A stretch of DNA of 64,000 bases from Candidatus Omnitrophota bacterium. GTDB taxonomy: Bacteria > Omnitrophota > Gorgyraeia > Gygaellales > Profunditerraquicolaceae. A program made the translations under genes and the position numbers. The notes beneath the pieces were generated by a model. It saw only the letters and a program-made list of their open reading frames with translations. It was not told the origin of the DNA and searched no databases. The DNA is taken from assembly GCA_041653115.1 (NCBI GenBank), contig JBAZGA010000007.1:1646-65645 (forward strand), read 5' to 3'. Below are positions 35,970 to 45,513 of the stretch, piece by piece (within the stretch, counting starts at the first letter, position 1; each line of letters opens with the position of its first letter).

Positions 35970-38512
35970 AAGAAGAGGCTTTTACTATCCCCGGCCTGTT
36001 TAAGGCCGCAGTTTCTGAATCTCCCTCCCAGGTCGCCCTGCAGATAGAAAAGCAAGGCCGGTGGCAAAGATTTACCTATCGGGATTTAGAGCAGCGCGCC
36101 CTGAAAGTCGCTGCCTTTTTATTGAAAGCAGGCCTGAAAAAAGGCGATTTTGTCGCTCTGGTTCTGGAGAATGGTCCGGAATGGCCGGCAATCTACCTGG
36201 GGATAACCTCTGCAGGGCTATCCTGTGTCCCTTTAGATCCCCGCTTAAGCCATGAGGAATTAGAAAATCTGATTAGAGACAGCGGGGCGAAGCTGGTTTT
36301 CTCTTCCCGCAAGCTGCCTAACAGCGTTGATTTTTCCCGGGTAGATTCTGTATCCGCGGATAACCTCGCGCTGCCCGAAGTTTCTCCCGAAGACACCGCT
36401 TCCCTGATTTATACCTCGGGGACCACCGCTCTACCCAAGGGTGTCCTCTTGAGCCACAGGAATATCTGCGCAAATTTCCAGAGCATCCGGGAATTAAAGA
36501 TCTGTTTTTCTACGGATAATTTTCTTTCTATCCTGCCTTTGCAGCATACTTACCCCTTTATGGTGACTTTGATTGTGCCGCTTTTTTTAGGGGCCAGGAT
36601 CACTTATTGCCCGAGCTTAAATCCCGAGGAGCTCAGCCGGACCGTTAAAGAAGGCAAGGCGACGATTCTAGTGGCCGTGCCGCAGCTCTTTTCTCTGCTG
36701 CAGCGGGCAATCACCGAAAAAATAAACAAACTTCCTTCTTTGCTATCGCTGTTTCTTAGGCCGATAATCCGGATGCGGGTGCGCCGGTATTTCGGAAAAG
36801 ATTTAAGGCTGATGGTTTCCGGCGGAGCAAGGCTTGACCCCCAGGTCGGCAGGGATTTAAGCGGGCTCGGCTTTAAACTTATCGAAGGATACGGCCTGAC
36901 GGAAACTTCTCCGATAGTAACCCTAAATCCCCTGCGTAAGATAAAATTCGCTTCGGTAGGAAAACCCATCCCCGGCGTCGAGATAAAGATATTTAACCCG
37001 GATCAGTCCGGTATCGGAGAGGTATTGATTAAAGGCGCGAATGTGATGCAGGGATATTTTAAGCAGCCGGGCCTTACTGCCGAGGCGATAAAAGAGGGAT
37101 GGCTGTATTCCGGGGATTTAGGTTACCTGGACAAAGAAGGTTACCTCTTTCTCGTGGGCAGGGAAAAAGAAATACTTGTTTTAAGTTCGGGAAAGAATAT
37201 CTATCCCGAAGAGCTGGAGGAGTATTATCTCCAGGCCCCTTCCATAAAAGAAATTTGCATTATTTCGCGGCCGGAAAAGAGCTTTGGCAGCGTAAAAGAA
37301 GCGCTTTACGCGGTGATTGTGCCCGAATTAGAGTTTTTTCGCCAGAAAAAAGAAACGAACATCTATGAAAAAGTACGCTGGGACCTGGAGACCTTGGCAA
37401 GAAAATTACCCGGCTATCAGCACGTCATGGGCTTTACCCTGACTAAAGAAGAGCTGCCGCGCACTATTTTGAAGAAAATCAAAAGATACCAGGTAAGAGA
37501 GCAATACGCGAAAGAGTCTATACAGGAGCCGCCTGCCCAAGAGCAGGTTAGCGGTATTGCGGGGGAGATTGTCAGTTATATTTCCAAAGAGGTAAACCGG
37601 CCGGTATATTTAGACAGCCACCTGGAAATAGATTTAGGCATTGATTCTTTAGGCAGGGTGAATTTGGCACTGGGCTTGGAGGCTTTATTAAAGATTAAAA
37701 TTCCCGATAATTATCTTTACCAGACAGCTACCGTAAAGGAACTGATTAATAGTATCGCGCAGTTAATGCAGAAACCCGCTTTCGCTAACGGCGAGGCCCA
37801 AAAAAGCTGGGCTGACCTTTTAAGAATGCTTCCGCCGGAGGCCGTGCTGGAGAAAATCCGCATTGAGGCGAGGCTAATAGACAGGTTAATTACCCGGGTA
37901 TTGAAAAAAATATTTTTATCTTTTTTCAGGACATTCTGGTTTCTCAAGATAGAAGGGACGCAAAACTTGCCGCTGCAAGGGCCGTACCTGGTTTGCCCTA
38001 ACCACGCCAGCTACCTGGACGGTTTAGTGGTTTTTGCCAGCCTCCCCTACCGCAATACCGTTAATACTTTTTTCCTGGGTTATTACGCCATCTTCGGCTC
38101 ACCGCTGCTGAAGTGGGTAAACAAATTAGGACACCTGCTCTCCATTGATACCTCAACCCATTTAACCGAGGCGTTACAGGCGGTTTCTTTTGTGCTTTCG
38201 CAGGATAAAATCGTCTGCCTCTTTCCCGAAGGCATGCGCTCCATTGATGGAGAAATCAAAGAATTTAAAAAAGGCGTCGGTATTTTGATTAAAGAGTTAG
38301 ACATTCCCGTAGTTCCGGTATATATTAAAGGGACGTACCGGGCATGGCCAAGGAGCGTAGCCTTACCCAGGCCCTATCCGGTAAAGATTGTTTTCGGCCG
38401 GCCGCTTACCCGGGCCGAATTGTTAAAAGAAGGCAAAAGAGATTCTAGCGGCGATGATTACCGGCAAATCGCCGAAGCGCTCAAGCAGGAGGTGGCTAAA
38501 TTAGCATGTTAG
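35966..38512 (+). CDS. tri-domain protein: acyl-AMP/acyl-CoA ligase + phosphopantetheine carrier (ACP-like) + PlsC-type lysophospholipid acyltransferase
   Basis: IYTSGTTALPKGV AMP-binding motif, GYGLTETS; DLGIDSLGRV carrier Ser; NHASYLD (HX4D) and FPEGMRS acyltransferase motifs. Confidence 0.75.
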   Translation: MKEEAFTIPGLFKAAVSESPSQVALQIEKQGRWQRFTYRDLEQRALKVAAFLLKAGLKKGDFVALVLENGPEWPAIYLGITSAGLSCVPLDPRLSHEELENLIRDSGAKLVFSSRKLPNSVDFSRVDSVSADNLALPEVSPEDTASLIYTSGTTALPKGVLLSHRNICANFQSIRELKICFSTDNFLSILPLQHTYPFMVTLIVPLFLGARITYCPSLNPEELSRTVKEGKATILVAVPQLFSLLQRAITEKINKLPSLLSLFLRPIIRMRVRRYFGKDLRLMVSGGARLDPQVGRDLSGLGFKLIEGYGLTETSPIVTLNPLRKIKFASVGKPIPGVEIKIFNPDQSGIGEVLIKGANVMQGYFKQPGLTAEAIKEGWLYSGDLGYLDKEGYLFLVGREKEILVLSSGKNIYPEELEEYYLQAPSIKEICIISRPEKSFGSVKEALYAVIVPELEFFRQKKETNIYEKVRWDLETLARKLPGYQHVMGFTLTKEELPRTILKKIKRYQVREQYAKESIQEPPAQEQVSGIAGEIVSYISKEVNRPVYLDSHLEIDLGIDSLGRVNLALGLEALLKIKIPDNYLYQTATVKELINSIAQLMQKPAFANGEAQKSWADLLRMLPPEAVLEKIRIEARLIDRLITRVLKKIFLSFFRTFWFLKIEGTQNLPLQGPYLVCPNHASYLDGLVVFASLPYRNTVNTFFLGYYAIFGSPLLKWVNKLGHLLSIDTSTHLTEALQAVSFVLSQDKIVCLFPEGMRSIDGEIKEFKKGVGILIKELDIPVVPVYIKGTYRAWPRSVALPRPYPVKIVFGRPLTRAELLKEGKRDSSGDDYRQIAEALKQEVAKLAC

Positions 38513-39249
38513 AATATATAATGCTGGGCATTATCCAGGGTTTAACCGAGTTTTTACCGGTGAGTAGTTCCGGCCATCTGGTAATTATGCAAAGAATCCT
38601 GGGTATTACCGAGGAGCAGGTAGCAGTGACGGTAATTTTGCATCTGGGTACGATACTGGCCCTGGTTATCTTCTTTTTTAAAGACATCATAAACTTATTA
38701 AAGGATGCCCGGGCATTATTCAGGATATTTATTGTTACCTTGATTACAGGCGCGATTGCCGTTATCGGCAAGGATTTTTTTGAGAATTTATTCAGCGCGC
38801 CAAGGCTCGTGGCACTTGCCTGGGTTGTTACAGGCATAATCTTGATTTTAACCAAGGAATTTACGCAGACAAAGAGAAGCGATATTAATATCAAGGACGC
38901 GGTCATCCTCGGGTTTACTCAAGGCGTGGCAATTATCCCGGGAATTTCGCGTTCCGGGATTACCATTTCTACGCTTTTATTCCGCGGCATTGACCGTAAG
39001 GTTTGCTTTGCTTTTTCTTTTCTGATTTCTATTCCCCTGATGCTGGGTGCCGCGGTATTTGAACTGAAAAAAATAGAGTTCGCGCTAAACGGCGCTCCCT
39101 ATTATCTTGCCGCCGGCTTTATCTCAAGTGCGGTTACCGGGGTTGTGGCTCTCTGGATATTGATGTCGATGGTAAAAAGAGCGAAATTGTATTATTTCGG
39201 GTATTATTGTGTTTTAGCGGGTATAACCACCTTATTATTTGTCAGATGA
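38506..39249 (+). CDS. uppP: undecaprenyl-diphosphatase
   Basis: GLTEFLPVSSSGHL N-terminal motif. Confidence 0.85.
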   Translation: MLEYIMLGIIQGLTEFLPVSSSGHLVIMQRILGITEEQVAVTVILHLGTILALVIFFFKDIINLLKDARALFRIFIVTLITGAIAVIGKDFFENLFSAPRLVALAWVVTGIILILTKEFTQTKRSDINIKDAVILGFTQGVAIIPGISRSGITISTLLFRGIDRKVCFAFSFLISIPLMLGAAVFELKKIEFALNGAPYYLAAGFISSAVTGVVALWILMSMVKRAKLYYFGYYCVLAGITTLLFVR

Positions 39250-40145
39250 GTATTATTGTCTTAGGGACAGTGGCTTTAGATACGGTAAAGACGCCTTTTG
39301 GCAGGAAGCAAGAGATGCTCGGCGGCTCAGCAGCGCACTTTTCCATGTCCTGCCGCTTATTTACCCGGGTGAACCTGGTAGCGATTATCGGCGAGGACTT
39401 CCCCGCGAAGTATGTTAATTTCCTGCGCCGGAAAGGCATTATCCTGACTTCCCTGATTAAAGAAAAAGGGAAGACCTTTAAATGGGAGGGCGAGTACCGG
39501 GGAGATTTAAATACGGCGCTTACCCTGAGTACGGAGCTCGGCGTGCTTTCTGCTTTTCGGCCCACGGTTTCGCAAGAACAAAAGAAGATAAAATATATCT
39601 TCCTGGCTAATGTCGACCCGGATATCCAAAGGCATTTATTAGAAAGCATAGATGCGCCTGCGCTGGTGGGCTTAGACAGCATGAATTACTGGATAAACCA
39701 TAAACGCCAAAGCCTCCTGCGCCTCTTAAAAAAAATCGATATTTACGTGGCTAATGACCAGGAGGCAAGGATCCTCTCCGGCGAGTACAATCTTCTCAAA
39801 GCGGCAAAACGCCTGCGTTGTCTGGGGCCGCAGATGGTTCTGATTAAAAAAGGAGAGCACGGAGTATTATTTTACAGCGATAAATTTATCTTCTCTATCC
39901 CCGCTTACCCTACGGATAAGGTAGTTGACCCCACCGGCGCAGGCGATACCTTTGCCGGAGGGTTTATGGGGTATTTAACCCGGGTAAAGAGAATAGACCA
40001 GGCCAACCTTAAAAAGGCCATTGCCTTTGGCACAATTGCCGCGTCCTTTAATGTCGAGGACTTCGGGCTGAAAAAAACCAGCCGGCTGGCCTTAAGGGAC
40101 CTGCAGGGCCGGCTAAAGGAATTCAGGGAATTTATTTCGTTTTAG
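39246..40145 (+). CDS. PfkB-family carbohydrate kinase
   Basis: DPTGAGDTFAGGF ATP-binding/anion-hole motif; ATGA overlap with uppP. Confidence 0.7.
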   Translation: MSIIVLGTVALDTVKTPFGRKQEMLGGSAAHFSMSCRLFTRVNLVAIIGEDFPAKYVNFLRRKGIILTSLIKEKGKTFKWEGEYRGDLNTALTLSTELGVLSAFRPTVSQEQKKIKYIFLANVDPDIQRHLLESIDAPALVGLDSMNYWINHKRQSLLRLLKKIDIYVANDQEARILSGEYNLLKAAKRLRCLGPQMVLIKKGEHGVLFYSDKFIFSIPAYPTDKVVDPTGAGDTFAGGFMGYLTRVKRIDQANLKKAIAFGTIAASFNVEDFGLKKTSRLALRDLQGRLKEFREFISF

Positions 40146-40156
40146 AAAAGGAGCTG

Positions 40157-40615
40157 ATGATGCTGGAAGAAAAAATCCTCAATGATTACAAAGAAGCGAT
40201 GAAGGCCAAGGATGCGTTGAAGAGTTCGGTTTTAAGCTTCCTGCGCGCGGAAATGATTAATGCGGCGATTGCCAAGAAGAAAAAGGCCCTCGATGACAGT
40301 GAGGTTATTGCCGTGATCAGAAAACAGGTAAAAGCGCGTCAGGACTCCATTGAGCAGTTTAAGCAGGGCAAGCGCGACGATTTGGCAGACAAGGAAAGCA
40401 GGGAAGCGGAGATCCTCAAGGTTTACCTGCCCCAGGAATTGCCCCCGGAAGAAATCAAGAAAATCATCGAAGAAACCGTTTTAGCGACCGCTGCCGCAGG
40501 GATGAAGGATATGGGTAAAGTAATGAAAGAAGTAACGCCGAAAATAGCCGGCAAGGCAGACGCCAAGCTGGTCAGCGACTTAGTCAGGGAAAGGCTCTCT
40601 AAAAACACTCCTTAA
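40157..40615 (+). CDS. GatB/YqeY-domain protein
   Basis: typical YqeY N-terminal helix and length. Confidence 0.7.
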   Translation: MMLEEKILNDYKEAMKAKDALKSSVLSFLRAEMINAAIAKKKKALDDSEVIAVIRKQVKARQDSIEQFKQGKRDDLADKESREAEILKVYLPQELPPEEIKKIIEETVLATAAAGMKDMGKVMKEVTPKIAGKADAKLVSDLVRERLSKNTP

Positions 40616-40630
40616 GGCGAGAAATCACTC

Positions 40631-40660
40631 TTGACAACAAGGCACTCTTTATGTTATTAT
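40631..40660 (+). promoter_or_regulatory. sigma70-like promoter TTGACA-18-TATTAT
   Basis: hexamers read directly; 80 nt upstream of 40741 start. Confidence 0.45.
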
Positions 40661-40684
40661 TGAATTAAGCTTTTAACAGACAGA

Positions 40685-40719
40685 GACGTCCGGAAGTTCT
40701 GGACGTCTTTTATTTTTTA
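40685..40719 (+). terminator. leader hairpin GACGTCC-N9-GGACGTC followed by T-run (attenuator-like) between promoter and nfnA-like gene
   Basis: perfect 7-bp stem plus TTTTATTTTTT; lies inside 5' UTR so likely regulatory. Confidence 0.45.
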
Positions 40720-40740
40720 TAGCCGCATAACGGATTTTGC

Positions 40741-41562
40741 GTGATGAAAATACTAAAAAAAGAAAATTTAGCTAAAGCAGTCACCAAAATAGAGGTTCTT
40801 TCCCCTGATATCGCCGGGAAAGCCAAGGCCGGCCAATTTATCAGCCTGATGGTCAGCGAAAAAGGAGAAAGGATCCCCCTGACCATCGTAGATAAGGAGG
40901 AAAATAAGGGGACGATTACCTTGATTTTTCAGGAAGCAGGCCTGACTACTAAGCTCCTGGGGAAATTAAACGCAGGTGATTCGCTGTACGCTTTAGCCGG
41001 ACCATTAGGGCATCCCACGGAAATTAAGCATTATGGGAAGGTAATTTTAGTCGGAGGCGGAGTGGGGATTGCGGAAATCTACCCTGTTGCCAAGGCATTA
41101 AAAGCGGCAGGGAACCAGCTTACGGTTATCTTAGGGGCAAGGAGTAAAGATTTACTGATTTTAGAGAAAGAGCTGAAAACGGTTGCGGATGAATTTTATC
41201 TGGTTACTGACGACGGCTCTTATGGGAAAAAAGGCTTTACCACCGATGTATTGGGAGAACTGCTAAAAAAAGATAAATACGATCTGGTGTACGCAGTCGG
41301 CCCCATCCCGATGATGAAAAAGGTCTCGCAGGTTACCGGAGGCCTTAACCTGAAGACCATAGTTTCTTTAAATGCCTTGATGGTGGATGCCACCGGTATG
41401 TGCGGATGCTGCCGGGTCAGCGTTTCAGGCAAGGTAAAGTTCAGCTGTATAGACGGCCCGGAATTTGACGCGCGCGAGGTCGACTGGGAGGAGCTGGAAA
41501 AAAGGAACCGTATTTACGAAGTTCAGGAAAAGCACATTTGTAAACTCTATAATTTATGCTGA
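40741..41562 (+). CDS. NfnA/SudB/PyrK-like FAD + [2Fe-2S] electron-transfer subunit
   Basis: ferredoxin-reductase-like fold, C-terminal GMCGCCRVS...C cluster. Confidence 0.6.
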   Translation: MMKILKKENLAKAVTKIEVLSPDIAGKAKAGQFISLMVSEKGERIPLTIVDKEENKGTITLIFQEAGLTTKLLGKLNAGDSLYALAGPLGHPTEIKHYGKVILVGGGVGIAEIYPVAKALKAAGNQLTVILGARSKDLLILEKELKTVADEFYLVTDDGSYGKKGFTTDVLGELLKKDKYDLVYAVGPIPMMKKVSQVTGGLNLKTIVSLNALMVDATGMCGCCRVSVSGKVKFSCIDGPEFDAREVDWEELEKRNRIYEVQEKHICKLYNLC

Positions 41563-41572
41563 ATTCATTTAA

Positions 41573-43000
41573 ATGAGAAAAGAGCCGGTAAAAGTAAAAG
41601 AATTAGCCGCCGCCAAAAGGACGGAGAGCTTTGCCGAAGTCGTTTTAGGTTACGGTGAAGAAGAGGCGCTGAGCGAAGCCTCCCGCTGCCTGCAATGCAA
41701 AAAGCCGATCTGCATTTCGGGCTGCCCGGTGGGCGTAGATATCAAAAAATTTATTTACCAGATTACGCAAAAGGATTATGCCGGAGCCTATTTTACGATT
41801 AGAGAGAAGAATAATTTTGCTTCCATTTGCGGCAGGGTTTGCCCGGCTGAGTACCAATGCCGGAAGGCCTGCGTCTTGAATTTAAATAAAAAAGACGCGC
41901 CTTTTGCTTCTCCGGAAGCGATAAATATCCATTTCCTGGAAAGGTTTGCCGGAGATTACGGGATAAAGCATGATTTGCAAGTTCCGGTAAAACCGGATAA
42001 ACGGCTCTCTCAATATAAAGTAGCAGTAGTCGGCTCAGGGCCGGCAGGCCTCTGTTGCGCAGGGGAACTGGCCAGGCGCGGGATAAAAGTCATGATTTTT
42101 GAAGGCCTGCATCAACCCGGAGGCGTTTTAAGATATGGTATCCCGCCTTTCAGGCTGCCGAGAGATATCCTGGATTTTGAGATAAATTATCTCATTAAGC
42201 TGGGAGTTGAAATTACCCCTAATTTTATTGTCGGCAGGGCGAAAACCCTGGACGAACTCTTTGAGGAAGAATTTTCCTGCATCTTTTTGGGATTAGGCGC
42301 AGGCGTACCGGGCTTCCTGGGCATAAAAGGAGAGAATTTAGACAATGTTTACTCCGCAAATGAGTTTTTAACCAGGGTTAATCTGATGTCCGCCTATAAA
42401 TTCCCCGAATTCCATACGCCGGTGAATATAGGCAAAGATGTATTAGTCATCGGAGGAGGAAATACCGCGATGGATGCTGCCAGGGCGGCGCTCAGGTTAC
42501 AAAAAATACGCGGAATCCCAGCCAATACCACAATTATCTACCGGCGCACGGAAACCGAGATGCCGGCAAGAAGGCTGGAAATAGAGCATGCCAGAGAAGA
42601 AGGGGTAAATTTTCAATTCCTGGTTCAGCCGCAGGAATTTATCGGCGATGAGCGGGGTTTTGTGAAAAAGCTGAGGTGCTTAAAGTGCCGCCTGGGAGAC
42701 CCCGATGAATCCGGCAGAAGAAGGCCCGTCGCCATTGAAGGAAGCGACTTTGAGATTGACGGTGATTTGGCGATTATCGCGGTCGGACTAAAGGCAAACC
42801 AGGTTTTAACCAGTATCACCCCGCAATTAAAAACGGATAAATACGGAGATATTATCGTCAACCCGGAAACCATGGAAACTTCTCTGCGGCAAGTTTTTGC
42901 CGGAGGGGACATTGTCGGCGGAGAAGGGACAATCATTGAAGCGATGGGCATGGCCAAAAAGGCTTCAGGCGCGATAATAGAATATTTAGAGAAAGCATAA
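41573..43000 (+). CDS. NfnB/GltD-like NADPH-dependent FAD/[4Fe-4S] oxidoreductase (glutamate synthase small-chain family)
   Basis: CLQCKKPICISGCP Fe-S motifs, two GxGxxG dinucleotide sites. Confidence 0.7.
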   Translation: MRKEPVKVKELAAAKRTESFAEVVLGYGEEEALSEASRCLQCKKPICISGCPVGVDIKKFIYQITQKDYAGAYFTIREKNNFASICGRVCPAEYQCRKACVLNLNKKDAPFASPEAINIHFLERFAGDYGIKHDLQVPVKPDKRLSQYKVAVVGSGPAGLCCAGELARRGIKVMIFEGLHQPGGVLRYGIPPFRLPRDILDFEINYLIKLGVEITPNFIVGRAKTLDELFEEEFSCIFLGLGAGVPGFLGIKGENLDNVYSANEFLTRVNLMSAYKFPEFHTPVNIGKDVLVIGGGNTAMDAARAALRLQKIRGIPANTTIIYRRTETEMPARRLEIEHAREEGVNFQFLVQPQEFIGDERGFVKKLRCLKCRLGDPDESGRRRPVAIEGSDFEIDGDLAIIAVGLKANQVLTSITPQLKTDKYGDIIVNPETMETSLRQVFAGGDIVGGEGTIIEAMGMAKKASGAIIEYLEKA

Positions 43001-43054
43001 TATAATACAGATACCGCGGACCCGTTCAAAGTGAGAGCGGCCGTAAAAGACTAA

Positions 43055-44413
<1,359 letters not shown>

Positions 44414-44420
44414 ATATTAC

Positions 44421-44716
44421 TTGACAAGCCCCGGTTAATATGTTATCCTTTTTATGACAAGTAGGAGAAGGCACAAGGTCTGTGCCAAGGAAGGACAAAG
44501 GCGTTGAAAAGACGCCTTTTTTTGTTGTCCTTTCCATTTTCAGCGTAAGAAAAGTTGAAAAGGAATGTTCCTTATCGTTAGCAGGGTTTAGCTAACAAAT
44601 AAAACATTTCTTTTAGCAAACAATGGCGTTTTATGCCGCAATTTATGCGGCGTAAGACGCCTTTTTTATTGAGGCCACAACTTACGGAAGATAAAGCGCG
44701 AGGGATAAATTTAGCC
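44421..44716 (+). promoter_or_regulatory. structured 300-nt leader of the GAF-ANTAR gene: promoter-like TTGACA-17-TATCCT, hexaloop hairpins, and two tandem intrinsic terminators (44499-44527, 44649-44667)
   Basis: GGCACA-AGGTCT-TGTGCC, AGGCGT-tgaaaag-ACGCCT+T7, GTTAGC-AGGGTT-GCTAAC, CCGCA-ATTTAT-TGCGG, GGCGT-aag-ACGCC+T6. Confidence 0.5.
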
Positions 44717-45427
44717 ATGCCAAGATCATTTGCAGATCAACTCAAGGCTTTTTCCAAAATCAGCAAGGCGATTACTTCCGACCTCTATCTGGAAGATATT
44801 TTGCGTTTGATTGTGACGGTTACCGCGGAAGTCCTGGATTCAAATATCTGTTCTTTGATGCTTGTCGATGAAAAAACCAATGAACTGGTGGTGCGCGCCA
44901 CCCAGAGTATCAGCGAGGAATACAATAAAAAAGCGCCGCTCAAGGTTGGGGAAGGCATTGCCGGGAGAGTGGCTAAGGAGAATAAAGCTATCTCGGTAAA
45001 GGATGTCGCCAAGGAAAAGGAATATAAAAATAAGGATATTGCCAAGAAAGAGGGCTTGAATTCTTTATTGTGCGTACCGCTCTCGGTGAAGGGCAAGGTT
45101 ATCGGAGTGATTAATTGTTATACCCCCAAACCGCATGATTTTAGCGATACCGAAATCGAGATCCTCAGCACCATTGCCAATCAGGCGGCGGTAGCGATTG
45201 AGAATACGGAATTAATCGTAAAAAGCAAAGTCATCCAGGAAGAGCTGGAGACTCGCAAAAGAATTGAGCGCGCCAAAGGTATTTTAATGCGCGATGAAGG
45301 GTTGACCGAAGAGCAGGCTTATTTAAAAATTCGTAAATACAGTATGGATAACCGCAAGACCATGCGCGAAGTAGCCGAGGCGATTATCCTGGCGGCGGAT
45401 ATGAAACATTTAACCCGGGCGAAGTAG
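44717..45427 (+). CDS. GAF-domain + ANTAR-domain RNA-binding antitermination regulator (start moved downstream of terminator to ATG 44717 with GAGGGA RBS)
   Basis: GAF fold residues; C-terminal RAKGILM...LTEEQAYLKIRKYSMDNRKTMREVAEAII ANTAR consensus. Confidence 0.7.
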   Translation: MPRSFADQLKAFSKISKAITSDLYLEDILRLIVTVTAEVLDSNICSLMLVDEKTNELVVRATQSISEEYNKKAPLKVGEGIAGRVAKENKAISVKDVAKEKEYKNKDIAKKEGLNSLLCVPLSVKGKVIGVINCYTPKPHDFSDTEIEILSTIANQAAVAIENTELIVKSKVIQEELETRKRIERAKGILMRDEGLTEEQAYLKIRKYSMDNRKTMREVAEAIILAADMKHLTRAK

Positions 45428-45513
45428 CCCTCACGCTCATCAAGGGGCGTTCCCTTAATCCAGGCGGATTGATTTTGAAGAGATGAGCAAAGTAAAGAAG
45501 GAGGAAGAGGAAG

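Noticed and set aside
44470-44486. Sigma-54 (-24/-12) promoter reading of GGCACA...TGTGCC and of GGCAC in the glnA leader
   Set aside because: GG-to-GC spacing is 14 rather than 12 and no TTGC element is present. The sequences are better explained as RNA hairpins.
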